Source: Cycas panzhihuaensis
Taxonomy: Eukaryota; Plantae; Cycadophyta
NCBI GenBank assembly: GCA_023213395.1
Contig: CM041465.1
Location: 73,849,741-73,913,740 of the forward strand
DNA: 64,000 bases
Reading direction: 5' to 3'
Below are positions 41,232-55,648 of this stretch, piece by piece. The stretch's first letter is position 1. Each line of letters opens with the position of its first letter. The notes under the pieces were generated by a model. It saw only the letters and a program-made list of their open reading frames with translations. It ran no database searches and was not told the DNA's origin. A program made the position numbers and the translations under genes.

Positions 41232-44200
41232 TGAAGCAACCCCATTAGAGCTTGGCCAACCTCTATGTACTTGTTGTGGTTGACTTTTTGAGGCTATAAT
41301 AAGTGCAACTCTTCATGTTCTCACTAACCTCATTAAGTCATAGTTTGGGTGCGTATAAATAGGGATCTTTAGGGGTTCTCCCCATCATCATTTTATGAAG
41401 TACTCCTTATTTTTTACTTTAAGGCTATTGTGGATTTTTGGCCTTAGGGATGTATTTCTGAGGAGGATTCCCACCTTGAAGGGCTTGGTGATAATTGTAG
41501 GTTGTGTTGGTAATTTTAGAACTCTTATTTATACTTTTGTAACTAGTTGGAATCATATTTTTATGTTTGTAATTGATTTGTACTTAGAGATATTCATCTA
41601 TGTTGTACTCTCATATATATAATTACTAGTCTATATTCTATCATTTGTGAATTTAAGCTTTATTCTACCTTATTTTTGGGTTTTTGAGTGAAACAAACTG
41701 TAACAAGTGGTATCAGAGCTTCGTTCTGAAGTGGGATTTTAAGAAGATATTTTGGCCCACCCTCCTCCCTAAGAATTTTGAAAAAATCAATAGGGAATTA
41801 AGATTTAGAAAGATCATACCGCCAAGTAAGATGCCGATATCTCTAGAAGTAGAGGAGCAAATGGTAGAGATTATGACAACAGTCATGTAGGAACTCATAC
41901 AACAGATCAAGAGCCTCAACGTGAGGTTAGAAAACCAAGAGATAACCCATCCTAAAATAGAACAAAACTAGGATTTAGACAAATACTCAGACTAAGGGGA
42001 CCAGGGAGGTAGGTTTAAAGAAGGATTTGTATTTAGTAGAGGAACGTAAAGTCACAAGGAATTCTAACAAACATGAAGATCACATTGGAAAAGTTTGATC
42101 TAAAACAAGCACGTGATATAAGAGCATGATTACTCCAGATGGAAACATATTTCATAGTCAACGAGACATTGGAGATAGATATGGTTACCATCGCCTCTCT
42201 ACATCTATATGGATAAGCCTTTAATTGGTATTATTGGTGGAAAAGATGCAAGGACCACAACAACAAGAGTGGAGAAACTTCTGAATAGCTATTATCAACC
42301 AATATTAAGATTCATAGGCCATGGATTATTTTACCTAACTGATAAGGTTACAACAAATTAGATCAATTTGAGAATATACAGAATAATTTTAGATGCTACA
42401 ATATATGATTATATCAAGCATCCCCTAGAAATATCTCAGGGAGACCTATATAAATGATCTTAAGGCACCCATAAGATTCTACATATTAGTACAACAACAC
42501 AAAGCATTGGAAGAAATAATAAAGCATACCAGATTTGTCGAAGCTGAACTCAAAGAAACTAGGCCAACCTATGTATGTAGAATAGAATTTGCACTACCAC
42601 TTAATGCGAATTGGAATAGGTGAGGAGTTAAGTTGGATGCTTCTCTTGTAATCAAGAGTATGATAGAAAATCCTACGTGATCAGAACATATAAAGAAAGG
42701 TACCTATTTCAAATATAGAGGAAAGTGGAACTAAGAGCACTAGTATTCAGGAAAAAAGGTATTTATGCTAAACAATAAAGAATTAGAGATATCAGAATAA
42801 GTGGAAGAAGATGTAGTCCTAGATCAGGAAGGAAACAATGAACAAATCGAAGCCGAGCTAGGTGAATTACTTGAAGTTGATACAAAGAATGTTTAGATCT
42901 CTGTATAAGCCATAACAAGACAAAGTATTGTACCTCAGACATTAAGATTTGAAGGGATGCTGAAAGGAGCTCCAACAGCAGTACTAGTGGATAGTGGGAG
43001 TACTCACAACTTTATTAAGAGACTAACAACCTAGAAGCTAGGATTAATGGTGGAGCCATTGAAAACCTTCCAAGTATCAATTGCTAACAGAGAAATAACA
43101 ACAACACCTTGCAAAGGGATTTGCAGAAATATCAACTTGAAAATCAATGAGTACCCTTTGAATTTCAATATGTTTGCAATGCAAATACGTGGAGTTGATG
43201 TAGTTCTAGGGGTACAATAGTTGTAAATATTAGGGAATATAGTCACCAACTATATGATCAGGGTTATGTGCTTCTGAATAAATGGCACAAAATATATATT
43301 ATATGGACCAAAAAATCCACCAATGCAACTAGTGTCTTCCCATAGAATGGAGAAGATCATGTGAAAGAAAGCTCCCACATACATAGTCTCATGCCACAAA
43401 GTCAAAATCCAAGAAATACTAATGGAGAAACATATCATAGATGACTACAAGTAAGTATTTTAAGAGCCAACAGGATTACCCCCAGTGAAGAAACCCAACA
43501 TGCTATTGATTTAGTCCCAAGAGTCACACCAATGAACATAAGGCTATATAAGCACCCATGCCACATGAGGTAGGAGATAAAAAACATAATAAAAGATTTA
43601 CTTTCATAGGGCCATATTCAGAGTAGTATAAGTTTCTTTGAATCCCCAGTTGTAATTAGCCTCAAGAAGGATAGAATAATCGGGATGTGTGTAGATTACA
43701 GAAGACTATATAAGTTAACTATAAAGAATAGCTACCGTATTCCTAGGATCAATAACTTTCTAGACGAGATACATGGGGTAAAATATTTTTCTAAGATTGA
43801 CATCCGGTGAAGCTACCATCAAATTTAGATAAAAGAAGAAGATGTTCACAAGTCAATCTTTCAAACTCATGAAAGGCTATTCAAATTCAAAGTGATGCCA
43901 TTTGGACTGAACAATCCTTTAGCAACATTCTAAGCTACCATGAACTCAATATTCAAGGAATTCTTAAAGAAGTTTATACTAATCATTTTTTATGACATTC
44001 TAATTTACAACATAACCTGGAGCAAGCATTTGACATATCTTAGACTAGTCTTGGAAATTTTAGCGAATAGATTATTCTTTGAAAATAAGAAAAAATGCTC
44101 TTTTAGCTAACAGGAACTAGAATACCGTGACTATATAATTACCCTAGAAGGAATCAAAGTTGATCCCAAGAAGGTCTAGGCTATAGTAAATTGGCCAGTA

Positions 44201-46724
44201 CCAAAGAATATCATGGGAGTTCAGAGCTTCCTAGGAGTAGTAGGTTACCTCAGGAAATTCATAAAAGGATACGCTAACATAGCAACCCCACTTACAGACC
44301 TAATCTAGAAGGATACATTCGCATGGAATTCAATGGACAACAATGCTTTTGAAAAACTTAAGGGTACAATGGTAAGAGCTCCAGTCCTGACAATTTTAGA
44401 TTTTTCAAAACTATTTATTTTAGAGTGTAATGCATCAGGGTTTGACATAGGAGCTATCTTATTATAAGATGAAAGACTTATAGCATATGAAAGTGGGAAC
44501 TTGAATAGTAGAGAAAAGTTAAAAACCCATTTATGAGAAGGAGTTGCTAGCTATAATACATGTAATCCATTAGTAGAGACAATATTTGCTCGGGAGTCCA
44601 TTTCAGGTACGAATAAATCACAACAACCTCAAGTACTTCTTAAGTCAAAAGACGCTGTTAGACGAATAACAAAAGTGGTTGAGCAAATTATAGTCATTTG
44701 ATTTTACTATTGTGTACAAAATGGGCAAAGAAATATCATAGTAGATGCCCTCTCAAGGATCCTAGAGGAATCTCATAAGTAACTAACATTACAGACAATC
44801 TCAGTGGCTACCCTTGCATGGAACGAGATACTAAGAAAGGAGTATAATAATGATCCAAGATATAAACAATTGATAGATAAAACAAGCATAGACAAAACTA
44901 ACCTATATGAGATATGACAAGGAATAATTCTTAGGAAGGGAAAAATTTGCATTCTAAGAAAATCTACACTAAAAGAGATAGTATTATAGGAAACTCACTC
45001 TATACCTATAATAGGCCACATAGGGATCAACAAAATATATAGAAAGATAAGAGCTTCTTTTTATTGGAAAGGATTAAATATAGATGCTTAGAAATTTATG
45101 GCAGAATACGATACCTATCATAGGAACACGATTAAATACATAAAACCACTATGGTTATTCTAGCTATTACTAATTTTGAAACAAAAGTGGGACAATATAT
45201 CTATGGACTTCATAACAAGACTACCTTGTTTAGAAGGGAAGGATGCAATTCTAGTTATAGTAGATCATCTTCCTAAATATGGCCACTTTAGAGGGTTGAA
45301 AGTCCAATGAAGTTATAAAACTATACATGAAGGAGATCCATCATCTACATAGTTTTTCAAGGGCAATTGTAAGTAACTGTGACCCAAAGTTTACCAGTAA
45401 ATTTTGGTAAGATCTCTTCAAAGTCACTGGTACAAAACTCAAGATGAACACAATGTATCATCCATAAATAGATGGATAAATAGAAATTTTGAATAAATTC
45501 CTAGAAGGATACTTGAGGAACTTCTATATAGATAGACTAAAATAATGGCACTGATGGTTGCACTTAGTAAAATGGTGGTACAATGCCACCTACCACTCCT
45601 CAGCAAAGATGATGCCCTTCCAGGCCCTATATAGATACTAACCACCATCCTTATTAACTTGGAATAGACCATCATAGGTCCAGGAAGTTTAAGAACATTA
45701 GAAGTAAGTAGAGGAAACCATCAATGGATTAAAAGATAATTTAGCAATGACATAAAATACGATGAAGTAATAATTTGATTTGAAGCGCTCTAAAAGACAA
45801 TTCAAAGTAGGTGACTAGGTATTTTTGGGTCTACAACCATACAAATAGGTTTCCTCATTGAAAATAAGCAACCAAAAGCTCACACCTAGGTATGTCGAGC
45901 CATATGAAATCACTGCTAAATAGGTGAAGTCATATATCAGTTAAGGTTCCTTGAAGGTGCAAAAATTCATAACATCTTTCATGTTTCTTGTCTAAAAAAG
46001 AAGGTTGGAGATAAAATAGTACCTTAATCCAACATCCTCGAGCTTAACGAAGAAGCAAAAATGACACTAGAATTAGAAGGAATCTTGCAAACCTACATGA
46101 GATCTTTCAGGTCCATACAAATCAAAGAATACTTGATCAAATGGAAAAACCTAGACGGCAAAGATACAATGTGGGAAAATGATGAATGGACAAAGCAATT
46201 TCTGAACCTATCAATGCTTTAAGGGTAAAGTATAGTCTTAAAGGTAGGGATGTGAAGTAACCCCATTAGAGCTTGGTTGACCTCCATATACTTGCTATGG
46301 CTAACTTCTTAGGCTATTCTGGGCGTAACTCTTCATGCTTTAGCTGATCTCATTAAGTCATAGTTTGAGTGCCTATAAATAGGGATCTTTAGGGGCTCTC
46401 CCCATTATCATTTTGTGAAGTACTCCTTTTCATTTTTGGCTTTAAGGCTGCTATAGATTTTTGGCCTTAGGGCTACATTTCTGAGGAGGATTCTCGCCTC
46501 AAAGGGCTTGGTGATTATTACAGGCTATGTTGGTTTTGGAACTCTTATTTATACTTTTGTAACTAGTTGGCATCATATTTTGACATTTATAATTAATTTA
46601 TACTTTGAGATATTCATCTATATTGTACTCTTGTATACATAATTGCTGGTATGTATTCTATTATTTATGAATTTGAGCTCTATTTTGCCTTATTTCTAGG
46701 TTTTGAGTGAAACGAACCATAAAA
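41232..46724 (+). mobile_element. G5: Ty3/Gypsy chromovirus (Reina-like), full length, degenerate
   Basis: LTRs 41232-41705 and 46253-46724, TSD tagat/tagac, perfect PBS tggtatcagagc 41708-41719, PPT ~46240-46252. Confidence 0.95.
41830..46220 (+). pseudogene. G5 gag-pol pseudogene
   Basis: [52 protein letters not shown]. Confidence 0.92.
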
Positions 46725-49149
46725 TAGACTCTTTAATAACTAATTTTAATGTTAAGTAATTAAATAATCAATATATGATATTTCTTTATATCTCATAATC
46801 AATTAGGTAAATAACATCAATAATTCAACTCAAAATAACTAACTTTACATAACAACGAGCCCTTCAAGAATATTAATTAAGTGGTGTTATCAATTATCAT
46901 TCATTCATATATATATCCAAAAAATCAGATGATCATGTTATTTGATTAGTATTGCACATGACTAAACTAAATATGATAAGTGCCATGGGAGATTTTCATC
47001 ATGTCTAGTATAGTTAAGAAATCCACATCAAATTTTTTATTAAATAGATTCCCACATCTTCAATTTTGAGCCTTAAAATGCCATTAATGAGCTTTTAATA
47101 TGTCATTTAAAATCAAGCTTATTTTTTATTTCATTAATAATCATCAACATGCATTCATTATATACTTGGAAGCCTTTAAAATTATTAAAAATTACCAAAT
47201 TAAATTTTAAACTACTTAAAAATTACATCTTTTATCATGTCAAAATCACTTTTATCAAATTTACCAATTAAAATCTCTATCATCTAATTTTTAAAATATG
47301 CCTTATGACCGCTCATTTTGATTGTATCTGAATAAGGATTCTAATGCAATTGATGACTCAAAAAATAAACTCTATATATAATAGTTATACTAAACAAATT
47401 GTTAATATATCATGAAAAATCAAGCACTTCTTAAGAAATTTAGTTTAGCCCCTTTCATCTTAGGCTCCTGGTCATGACTGTGCTCCATGTGACCATCCAT
47501 TTATATGAGGGAGGCTTCATAGATTCAAAAAATGTATCTAGTCAACTTTAATTAAATTATAACTTGGTAAAATTTTTATTCTATAGTCAAATTTCAACCT
47601 TGCAACTTGGTCAACATGTGGAATATGGTCAAGTCTATGGTCAAATGTATCATAAATTGAATAATTCTTAGAAGAAATCATAAAACTCATAGGGATGAAT
47701 TATTTTATGTATATTCCTTAGCTTATTGAGTAGATTTAGTAGTAGATGGCATCAATATTTAAAGAATTGAATAATGTTTACAATGTTCTTCCTACAACGA
47801 GTAAATATGTAAGGTTTGATGGATACAAATGGCACAAGGCTTGATGTAGATAACTCCTCTTCATGTGGCTTAGTGAGATTTATACTTAATAGATGTAACA
47901 CATCACCCTCATATAAAGACAACATATCACATATCGATAAATCACGTAAATCTCCACTATAGGGATAAATAGGATAATGCGAGCTAAGGTTTCATGTTGA
48001 TCTCAATAATATAATACTATGTACTCAACAAATAAAAATTAGCCAAACAGAGGCAAACAAGTTAAAAACTGAGATAAATGGTGTCAAACAAAAGGAATGA
48101 GCATGAATGGTAAAAATAGAAAGAAATAGGCCAAAACAGTGTTTTAATATATATATAGGACATAAATAAATGAGTTACCATTTTCACAACTGAAATGAAT
48201 AGTCCTTAATAAGTTTGAATCAAATAGACTTTATTTTATACACTTCTACTATCATGCCCTTATTTGTTACCATAACATTATCTAGTAATGGATTTCACCC
48301 TCATAACACTCGTATTATGCTATCAATAATTCATTGAAACCCTTCATATTTTTATCAATTCAACTTGCTCTTATAATCATGCTATTGAATGCATAAATTA
48401 ACCATCAATTAATTTTTACCAACATACATATATTTATATCATCATAAGGTTAATAATGCCTATTCATACCACTCTTTTCATATTCACAATATAATAAGAA
48501 TGTCCAAATATATATCTTATATGTGTCCAACTCCTATATACCTCAAATCATCAAATGGTAATATATAATATCATTTATAACAATTGACATACTTATGTCA
48601 TCATAGTAATTTTCCATAAATTTTTTATGCCTTTATAATCAAATCATACCTTTAAACTCTTAATATGTTGCTTATATAAATATCATGTTGCTTTTCATCA
48701 TATAAACACAATACTTATTTCATTCTCGTTCACTAATGGAATATTGCTCAACATACCTAAGTATATGTATTGTTACTAATTATGAGATTAGGTGAGATGG
48801 CAGGTGTCATAAAATCTTAATCACTTCTATAAGGGACTAGCTTGTATCGATGAATATAACTAGCAATAATATCTTGTTTTTCTTTCATCACATTCGGTGG
48901 ATTTGTTTCGTACCTACATGCTTCAAATACATGGTACTAACATGTCAAAAATAAATGTCTATAATAAATAATTAATAAAATTACCATCGATCTTATAGTT
49001 TTCATCTCCTTATGGCTTTCAATAATTTTATATAGCTCTCATCATCTTTATCTTATCCCAAAATCTCAGTCACATGTCACTGGCATAATTGGTTTTCTCT
49101 TTAAACATTCTTTAAAATTGGCTTATGTACTAACTCATACTAGCTTTGA

Positions 49150-50573
49150 ACAGGCTCTAAATATGCTAGAAACTAGTCACAAGTATCTATAAGATCTTTT
49201 ATAACCTTGGATATTTATGATAGAAGACTTAATGATGTATTTCATTGATTTATCAAAGGATCATTTGTATTATTAATATAATATTTGTATATACTTTAAG
49301 TTAAAGGATTCATTATGGTAAATGGGTTTAGTCATAATTTAATATTGTGAACGTAGTCATGTGGGGTTGATTTTATCCTTAATATTATAATATTGTAATA
49401 TTGGTTAATCATGTAAGGTGCCAATTGTCACTTTGCATGATCCTATATTAATATCCTCATTCCACTTTGTAACAGCCTCTTATGTATTTCATCTTCATAT
49501 GTTAATGAGTACAATACACTTTGGAGCATTATGACTAATTCCCTTACTTTTGCTTTTGATTATTTTGTGAATGCATTTATGGATGCAACGAGTCTTAAAC
49601 TTGGGTTGAAACTAGGTAAACCTTCATCCCCTTTCAATTGGTATTAGAGACAATCTCAACCAAGATTTTTACCCAGATCCAACCAACAATTTTCTCTATT
49701 TTATGTTTATCTACTTAGTCTTTCCTCTTTAGTGTAGCTACCATCAAAGGCTGCATTCAGCTAATTAGAGTTTCTAAATAAAGAGTTGTTTACTATAAAA
49801 AATATATATCACTATCCAAATGCTTTATAGCATAAAAAAATCATCTACTAGCTACTTTTTTAAGATCTATAACATAAGGAATTTATCTGTTAGCTATATT
49901 CTTTAAAGATCAATGGTTCATTATCTAAACAAATCATTAGCTGGCTGCTCTATTTCATAGATCTAATTTCTAGACAAGGTGCTCTACCATGAAATGTTTA
50001 TTGGCCATTAAATATAATGGCACCCTTCATTCACTTTTTCTTGGCTATGTTTAAAATATATACAAGCTAATATTGAGTCATATCACTTGATATTCATCCT
50101 TATATTGGTATATTTTTAGCTACCATTATTTTTTCATACTATGAATTTGTTTAGTTATTCTCTGTGTAATTTCCTAGTATCCTTGTAATGGCGTTGGCCA
50201 ATCTCCATCCATGTGTGGCTTCCATTTAGTATTATCATTCCTATATAGCTTGTTTATACCCTGCATGTCTGTGTATTAACATTTGCATTACTATTCATAG
50301 CTCATCTTATGGCTGCTCTGATGTTTGCTCCTACATTGCTACATTTGAGTTGTAGCAATGATCTCTATATTCTTCATATAACTACTATTAGACTTAGATT
50401 TAAACTCACTCAACTTGCCATGCGTAGCTTCAATCTTAGCCTTGCATGACTTCATCTTAGTGTTTGTGCAATATTGCATTACCTTTTTTATTGGTTTGAC
50501 CTTTTGTGGTCCTGTGTGGCCTGATACTCCTTGGTAGATATTTTTTTGTGATGGTTTTTTATCCAATTTCTCC
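49150..50573 (+). mobile_element. 5' LTR, PBS and leader of another LTR element, interrupted by TA
   Basis: LTR-like end ...ccccttttca (49636) followed by tggtattagag (49639-49649). Start uncertain; partner LTR not in the window. Confidence 0.5.
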
Positions 50574-50942
50574 TGAAGGAAAAATAATGTAAGGAGAGTA
50601 GAGTAGAGCAAGTATTCACATTCTAATTCATCATGAAAAAATATAAGAAAAGATTAATATTATTTAATATATCTTGAAAGAGTATAATAGATTTCTAAAA
50701 TATTGGTGGTGTCTAAAGACACCAAGGTTGAATAACCCTACAAATAAATAGTTATGAGGGAGGAGGAAAACCTCTTCAACCTCTAAAATTTAAACAACAT
50801 TAAAATAATATTTAACTCAAGTTAAAGTTAACCTTACCTGACTTAGCTTAACATGTGTGTTCTTACATATGCAAAAGGTGGGAGTGGGGTGATGAGTATT
50901 AACCCTAGCATTCACCCTCTTAATGGTCATCACCATCATTCT

Positions 50943-51604
50943 TCATTTATCCTTGAACTTGTGGTGCTTGTATTTGAAAGTGACTTTGAAAACTTGTCCG
51001 TTAGTTAGGTAATCAACTTGCTTTATCATCTTATCACTAACATGTGTCTTTTCAAAATCATGTACTGATGGTAGCTTCCAAGCAGGTCTTGTTGATGTAG
51101 CTTTATGTGAATGAATGGTAATACCTTTGTATTGATCTTGGTCCTTCATTGGAGTTAAGTTCTTGATACATATCTTCATATCAAATGTAATATTAGAAAC
51201 ATTATTTTCAATGAAATCTAAATTAATACAAGAAATGTTAATCTTTTCTTCACATGGTACCTTCTCTACCATCTACCTCATAGGAAAGGAGTCATCAATA
51301 TAGTTAGTAAAATTGAAATTAAAGGAATCTCCCACATAAAGTAAATCCAATGTGTTCCATACTAATTTGGAAGTAGTTATTTTTAAAACATTTGAAAATA
51401 TATTATCATCTAAGCTACATAATAGAAATACAGGGCTTCATTGTCCTTTTTAAAGTCTTCTTTGTTGTTAGGTTCATATCTATCCTTGATATGTGTCTAA
51501 AGGTTATTTAACGTTAAGTGAGCTTTTATAATGGTCCTCCAAAATTAAAGATCATTCCCATTAAATATTGGTAAATTAATGTTGTTTAGATACATTGTTA
51601 TCAT
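50943..51604 (-). pseudogene. TA gag-derived ORF (decayed)
   Basis: INLPIFNGND..FWR...EDFKKDNEA...LDDNIFSNV..SKLVWNTL; C-terminal FKVTFKYKHHKFKDK. Confidence 0.8.
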
Positions 51605-52739
51605 GTAAATGCTTTAGTACATAATCAATAATATGGCTTCAATGAATGAGAAATCTTCAAATGAAAGTATGATGAAAGGACTTCATAAAGTCATAATGAG
51701 TATGTAAAAGAGATGATAAATATGCTATTCTTCTTCAAATAAATCAGGAATATAAGCTAGTATCCAAACTAGTGTTTAAAATTGATATATTTGTAGAAAG
51801 AAATAAGAAACTATATGCTCCTTTTGGCTACGATGTAATAAAAAATTCTTTAATTCTTTTGAAAAGTAAACTAAACTTTATAGTTTTTAATGATTTTTAA
51901 GACAAATAGACAATGGTATTTTGCAACTAAACTTTATAGTTTTCAAATAAAATAAGGAACTAAAGCCTTTAATAAAAAATGAGATGACTTCTTTGTCAAA
52001 TTACGCAAGACAATGAGAATGCCTAATTATTCCTTTATAGAGTAAAATAACTATATGAAAACTTAAAATTTTTAAGTAGAACCTTTGCTCAAAGTAATAT
52101 AAATACCAAAAAGTTGTATGTATTCAATTAATAATGTAAGAAATAAACCGATTTGTTGAATTTACACCACTTAGGTTGTTGGAAGCTCAAAGTGTTGAAA
52201 AAAATATCTCTTGGCTGCAAAATAACTTTAAAATATATACAAAGACTAATAGTAACTCCAAGAATCAATTAGTAATAAATAATGATTTAAGTATAATCCT
52301 TTGAAATAATAAAATACTTAAAAAGTTATAAAAATAGGTCTGTCTAGGCTGACAGGAAGCTCAAATTCACCAGCTTAAAAAACCTAAAAAATGATGTCAA
52401 AATATAATAACTAAAGGTTTATAAAATAGAGACAGAGTGGAGTAGATATCAAATAATCAGCACATAAACACAATAATCTTTGTATTCAATCCATCTTTGA
52501 GAGAGTATTACAAATGTCAAAAAATAAAGGTGGCATCAAAAGACACTAGGGTTTGTCATCCCAGTAAAGATATAGTTTGAGGGAGGAGGGAAACCTCCTC
52601 AACCTCTAAAATTTAAAATATAATAAAATAATGCTTAAATAAAGTAACTTTAACCTTACCTTACTTACCTTTACATGTGTACACTCATATGTGTAAATGG
52701 TGGGAGTGGGGTGATGAACATTAACCCTAATATTCTCCC

Positions 52740-53455
52740 CCTTAATGGTCATAAAAAACATCTTTGTCTTCTCTTTAAACTTGTGAAAATTGAATTTGAA
52801 AAAAACTTTGAATGTTTGTCCTTTAGCTTTATCATCGTCAACTCGCCTCATCCTTTCAATAATGTGTGTCTCTTTAACATTGAGTGGTTTAAATGACATC
52901 TAAGTAAGTGTAGCTTGATTTAAATGAAGATGAATGGATGCAACTCTAACTTTATCTCCTAGAACTTTGACTTTGTCTTCTGAAATCTTTGTTTTATGAG
53001 TAACTATCATATCATAAGGTTTCTCCTCCTCAAATGAAGGATCAACTTTACGTGCAACAAGGTGATTGCTCATTTGACTTGAATTCTCTTCCTTAGTCTT
53101 TTTATCACAAATAACTTGCTCTCACATTTGTCTCACATGCTCAACAATATCAAAGTTAAAATTCATTTATATTGAGGGTTTCTTCCCTATAAATAGAATC
53201 TAAGGTGTCTCATATGGATTTAGAGGTCGTCATTTCACAAACTTTAGAAAAAATATTGTCATCTATAGTGCAAAATAATATAGCTAAGGCTTTATTGTCT
53301 TTTTTTATATCTTCTTTATTATTAAGGTTATATCCATCTTGTAGGTATCTCCAAAGATCATTTGCGATAAAGTAAGTTTGCATTATTTTATGCCATTATG
53401 AAAAATCATGGCCATTAAACATAGAGAATCGTATTTTATTTAGATTGATTTCCAT
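52740..53455 (-). pseudogene. TB gag-derived ORF (decayed)
   Basis: MFNGHDFS*WH..YFIANDLWRYLQDGY...DNKALA..FCTIDDNIFSKV; C-terminal FKVFFKFNFHKFKEK. Confidence 0.85.
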
Positions 53456-54452
53456 TTTATAGGAAACTTTAGTACATAATCGAAAAGAAATATGGTTTTC
53501 AAGTAGACAACTCCTTAAATGATTTCAATACTAATTCAAGTAGATGATAAGGATATTCCAAAAAGAATGTAATCGAATGTCAATAAGTTATCAATGGTGT
53601 AGTCTTACCAATAACTTCCAAGAAAAAGATGTAATGCCCTTAAAAATGAAATGTTCCTTTGAAGTAAAGTGCACTTTATGCACCTTAAGTATAATAATGA
53701 ATTAAGGATGCTTTTAATAAGTGCATGCTCTTTTTAACAATGATTAATGAAGAATTCTTTTAACAAGTGTATAAACTTTTCAGTTTAATAAATCAATGAA
53801 CTTATAATGGATAATCTCAAATACTCTTTGAAAATAGAATGATTAAACAAACTTTATAATGGAATCTTGCAAAGTAACTAAGATCTTTAAATATGTAGAT
53901 CTAAAACAAAACTTCCTGATGATGAAGAAATAAAAATTCTAAGCTTTTAAATTTTTTAAATGAATAAGCATTAGCTTGAGCAAAAAATGACCTTCTTTTT
54001 CAATGTAAGATTAATAAGTATTCCTTTTGTCTATGATAAAGATATATGATGCAGGAAATTTGAAATATATATATATATATATATATTCTCTTTAGAAAGA
54101 TGAAAAACATGAAGAAGACACTTCAAAAAAATAAATTGTACCTAGTTTAAGATGCTAAGCCATTTAGCTTATCATTTGATTTAAATGTATGTGATCGATT
54201 TTTTGCTACAAATTAGCTTAAAAGAAGATATATAAAAGTTAAATAAAAGGCTCAAATATGTATCATAAGTAATCAGTAAGAAAAAATAAAAGAAAGAACT
54301 CCTTAGAAGGTTAAGAGGACAAGCCTGTTGAGATATATCAAATGCTCAAGTTGATCAGCTACAAAGATATACTAAACAATATCAAATTAAGACGAGATTA
54401 TACCAGTTTGAAGATCAATAAAAAATCTATTTAATGGATTTGACCGTTTTAA

Positions 54453-54544
54453 TGATGGAAAAAATATGGAGCCACAATGCTCTGATACCAAATGATGGAA
54501 AATATGCTTGCAAACTATGAGCCAAACTAAGCTCTGATACCAAA
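54453..54544 (-). repeat. Two internal att+PBS units in the TC LTR (same at 59865-59956)
   Basis: gctctgatacca-aa-tga(t/a)ggaaa at 54479 and 54531; family core terminus tgaagg at 54545. Confidence 0.95.
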
Positions 54545-54874
54545 TGAAGGAAATATACTTGCAAGACTAACAGGTTAGAACATATATCAAATAAGTATAA
54601 ACTAGTATTGCATCAATACAGTAGTGTATCACCATTACAATAGCATAAACACATGAGAGCCTTGTTGTTCAATCCATTGTAGTAGAATGAGTATTACAAA
54701 TCTTCCTCAAAAGTAGGTGGTGTCTAAAGACACCGGGTTGTACACCCTTAACATTTATAGTTTGGGGAGGAGGAAACTCCTCAACCCACAATTCAAATTA
54801 ATAATAAAATAATACTAACTTAACTCAAATGAAACTAACTCAACTTACCTTAACTTACACGGACATGTTGAGCA

Positions 54875-55648
54875 TCACATGTCTAAATTGAGGTGCACAA
54901 TCATGGTAGGTAAGAGGGAGTTGAGTGATGACATTACACCCAACATTCTCCCCCCTAATGTCAGCACGGACACTTGTATCTTTTCCTTGGACTTGTGGAA
55001 CTGGTACTTGTAAAAAACTTTGAAATTCCAATCTTGATCTTTGTCAATGCTTCTCACCCTTATAGTCACATATATCTCTTTATTATAGAATGATGTAGGA
55101 AGACTATAGGTAGATGAAACTTGATACAAAAGTAGATGAATAGCTGTAATTTGGACTTGAACTTTTGTACTCTTTATGCTTTGAACAGTTGTCATATCAC
55201 CAGGTTCATTCTTCGTTATGTCATAAGATTCGTCTTCATGATGCTCCCCCTCAAATGGAGGATCAAACCCTTGTGCAACAAGGTGGTCCTGCATTTGATC
55301 TGAATCTTCATTGGTATTGCTGTCATGATCTACCTGTTCTGTCACCTGTCTCACATGCTCATCAAAAGTTTCATCAAATACAGTAGGGATATCTCCCCCA
55401 TAAATGGAAATCAATAAATCCCAAACAGACTTAGATGTTGTAAATTCAGAAACCAATGAAAAGACATCATCAGTCATAGTGCAAAATAATAAACCTAACA
55501 CTTCATTATCTTTCCTAAAATTTTCTTTAAGGCTAAGGTCATATTCATGTTGTAAATACTTCAAAAGATTACGTTCAATAAAGTAAGTGTGCATAGTATC
55601 ATACCATAGTGAATAGTTATGGCCATTGAAAATGGGGAATTGTGCCAT
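54875..55648 (-). CDS. Intact 257-aa ORF: Copia Gag N-terminal domain, acidic linker and conserved basic C-tail; runs through the PPT into the LTR
   Basis: MAQFPIFNGHNYSLWYDTMHTYFIERNLLKYL...TSKSVWDLL is a typical Copia gag start (DUF4219/UBN2-type). No zinc knuckle or pol. Confidence 0.85.
   Translation of the reverse strand: MAQFPIFNGHNYSLWYDTMHTYFIERNLLKYLQHEYDLSLKENFRKDNEVLGLLFCTMTDDVFSLVSEFTTSKSVWDLLISIYGGDIPTVFDETFDEHVRQVTEQVDHDSNTNEDSDQMQDHLVAQGFDPPFEGEHHEDESYDITKNEPGDMTTVQSIKSTKVQVQITAIHLLLYQVSSTYSLPTSFYNKEIYVTIRVRSIDKDQDWNFKVFYKYQFHKSKEKIQVSVLTLGGRMLGVMSSLNSLLPTMIVHLNLDM

Noticed and set aside
41440-41490. Hammerhead ribozyme (CTGAGGA..GAA) in G5 LTRs; also CTGACGA on the minus strand near 56810
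   Set aside because: No correctly placed GAAA after stem II and no stems I/III with an NUH cleavage site.
54453-54560. CRISPR-like repeat-spacer array
   Set aside because: The repeats are tRNA-iMet PBS plus LTR termini in a eukaryotic retroelement; the spacers are related to each other and there are no cas genes.
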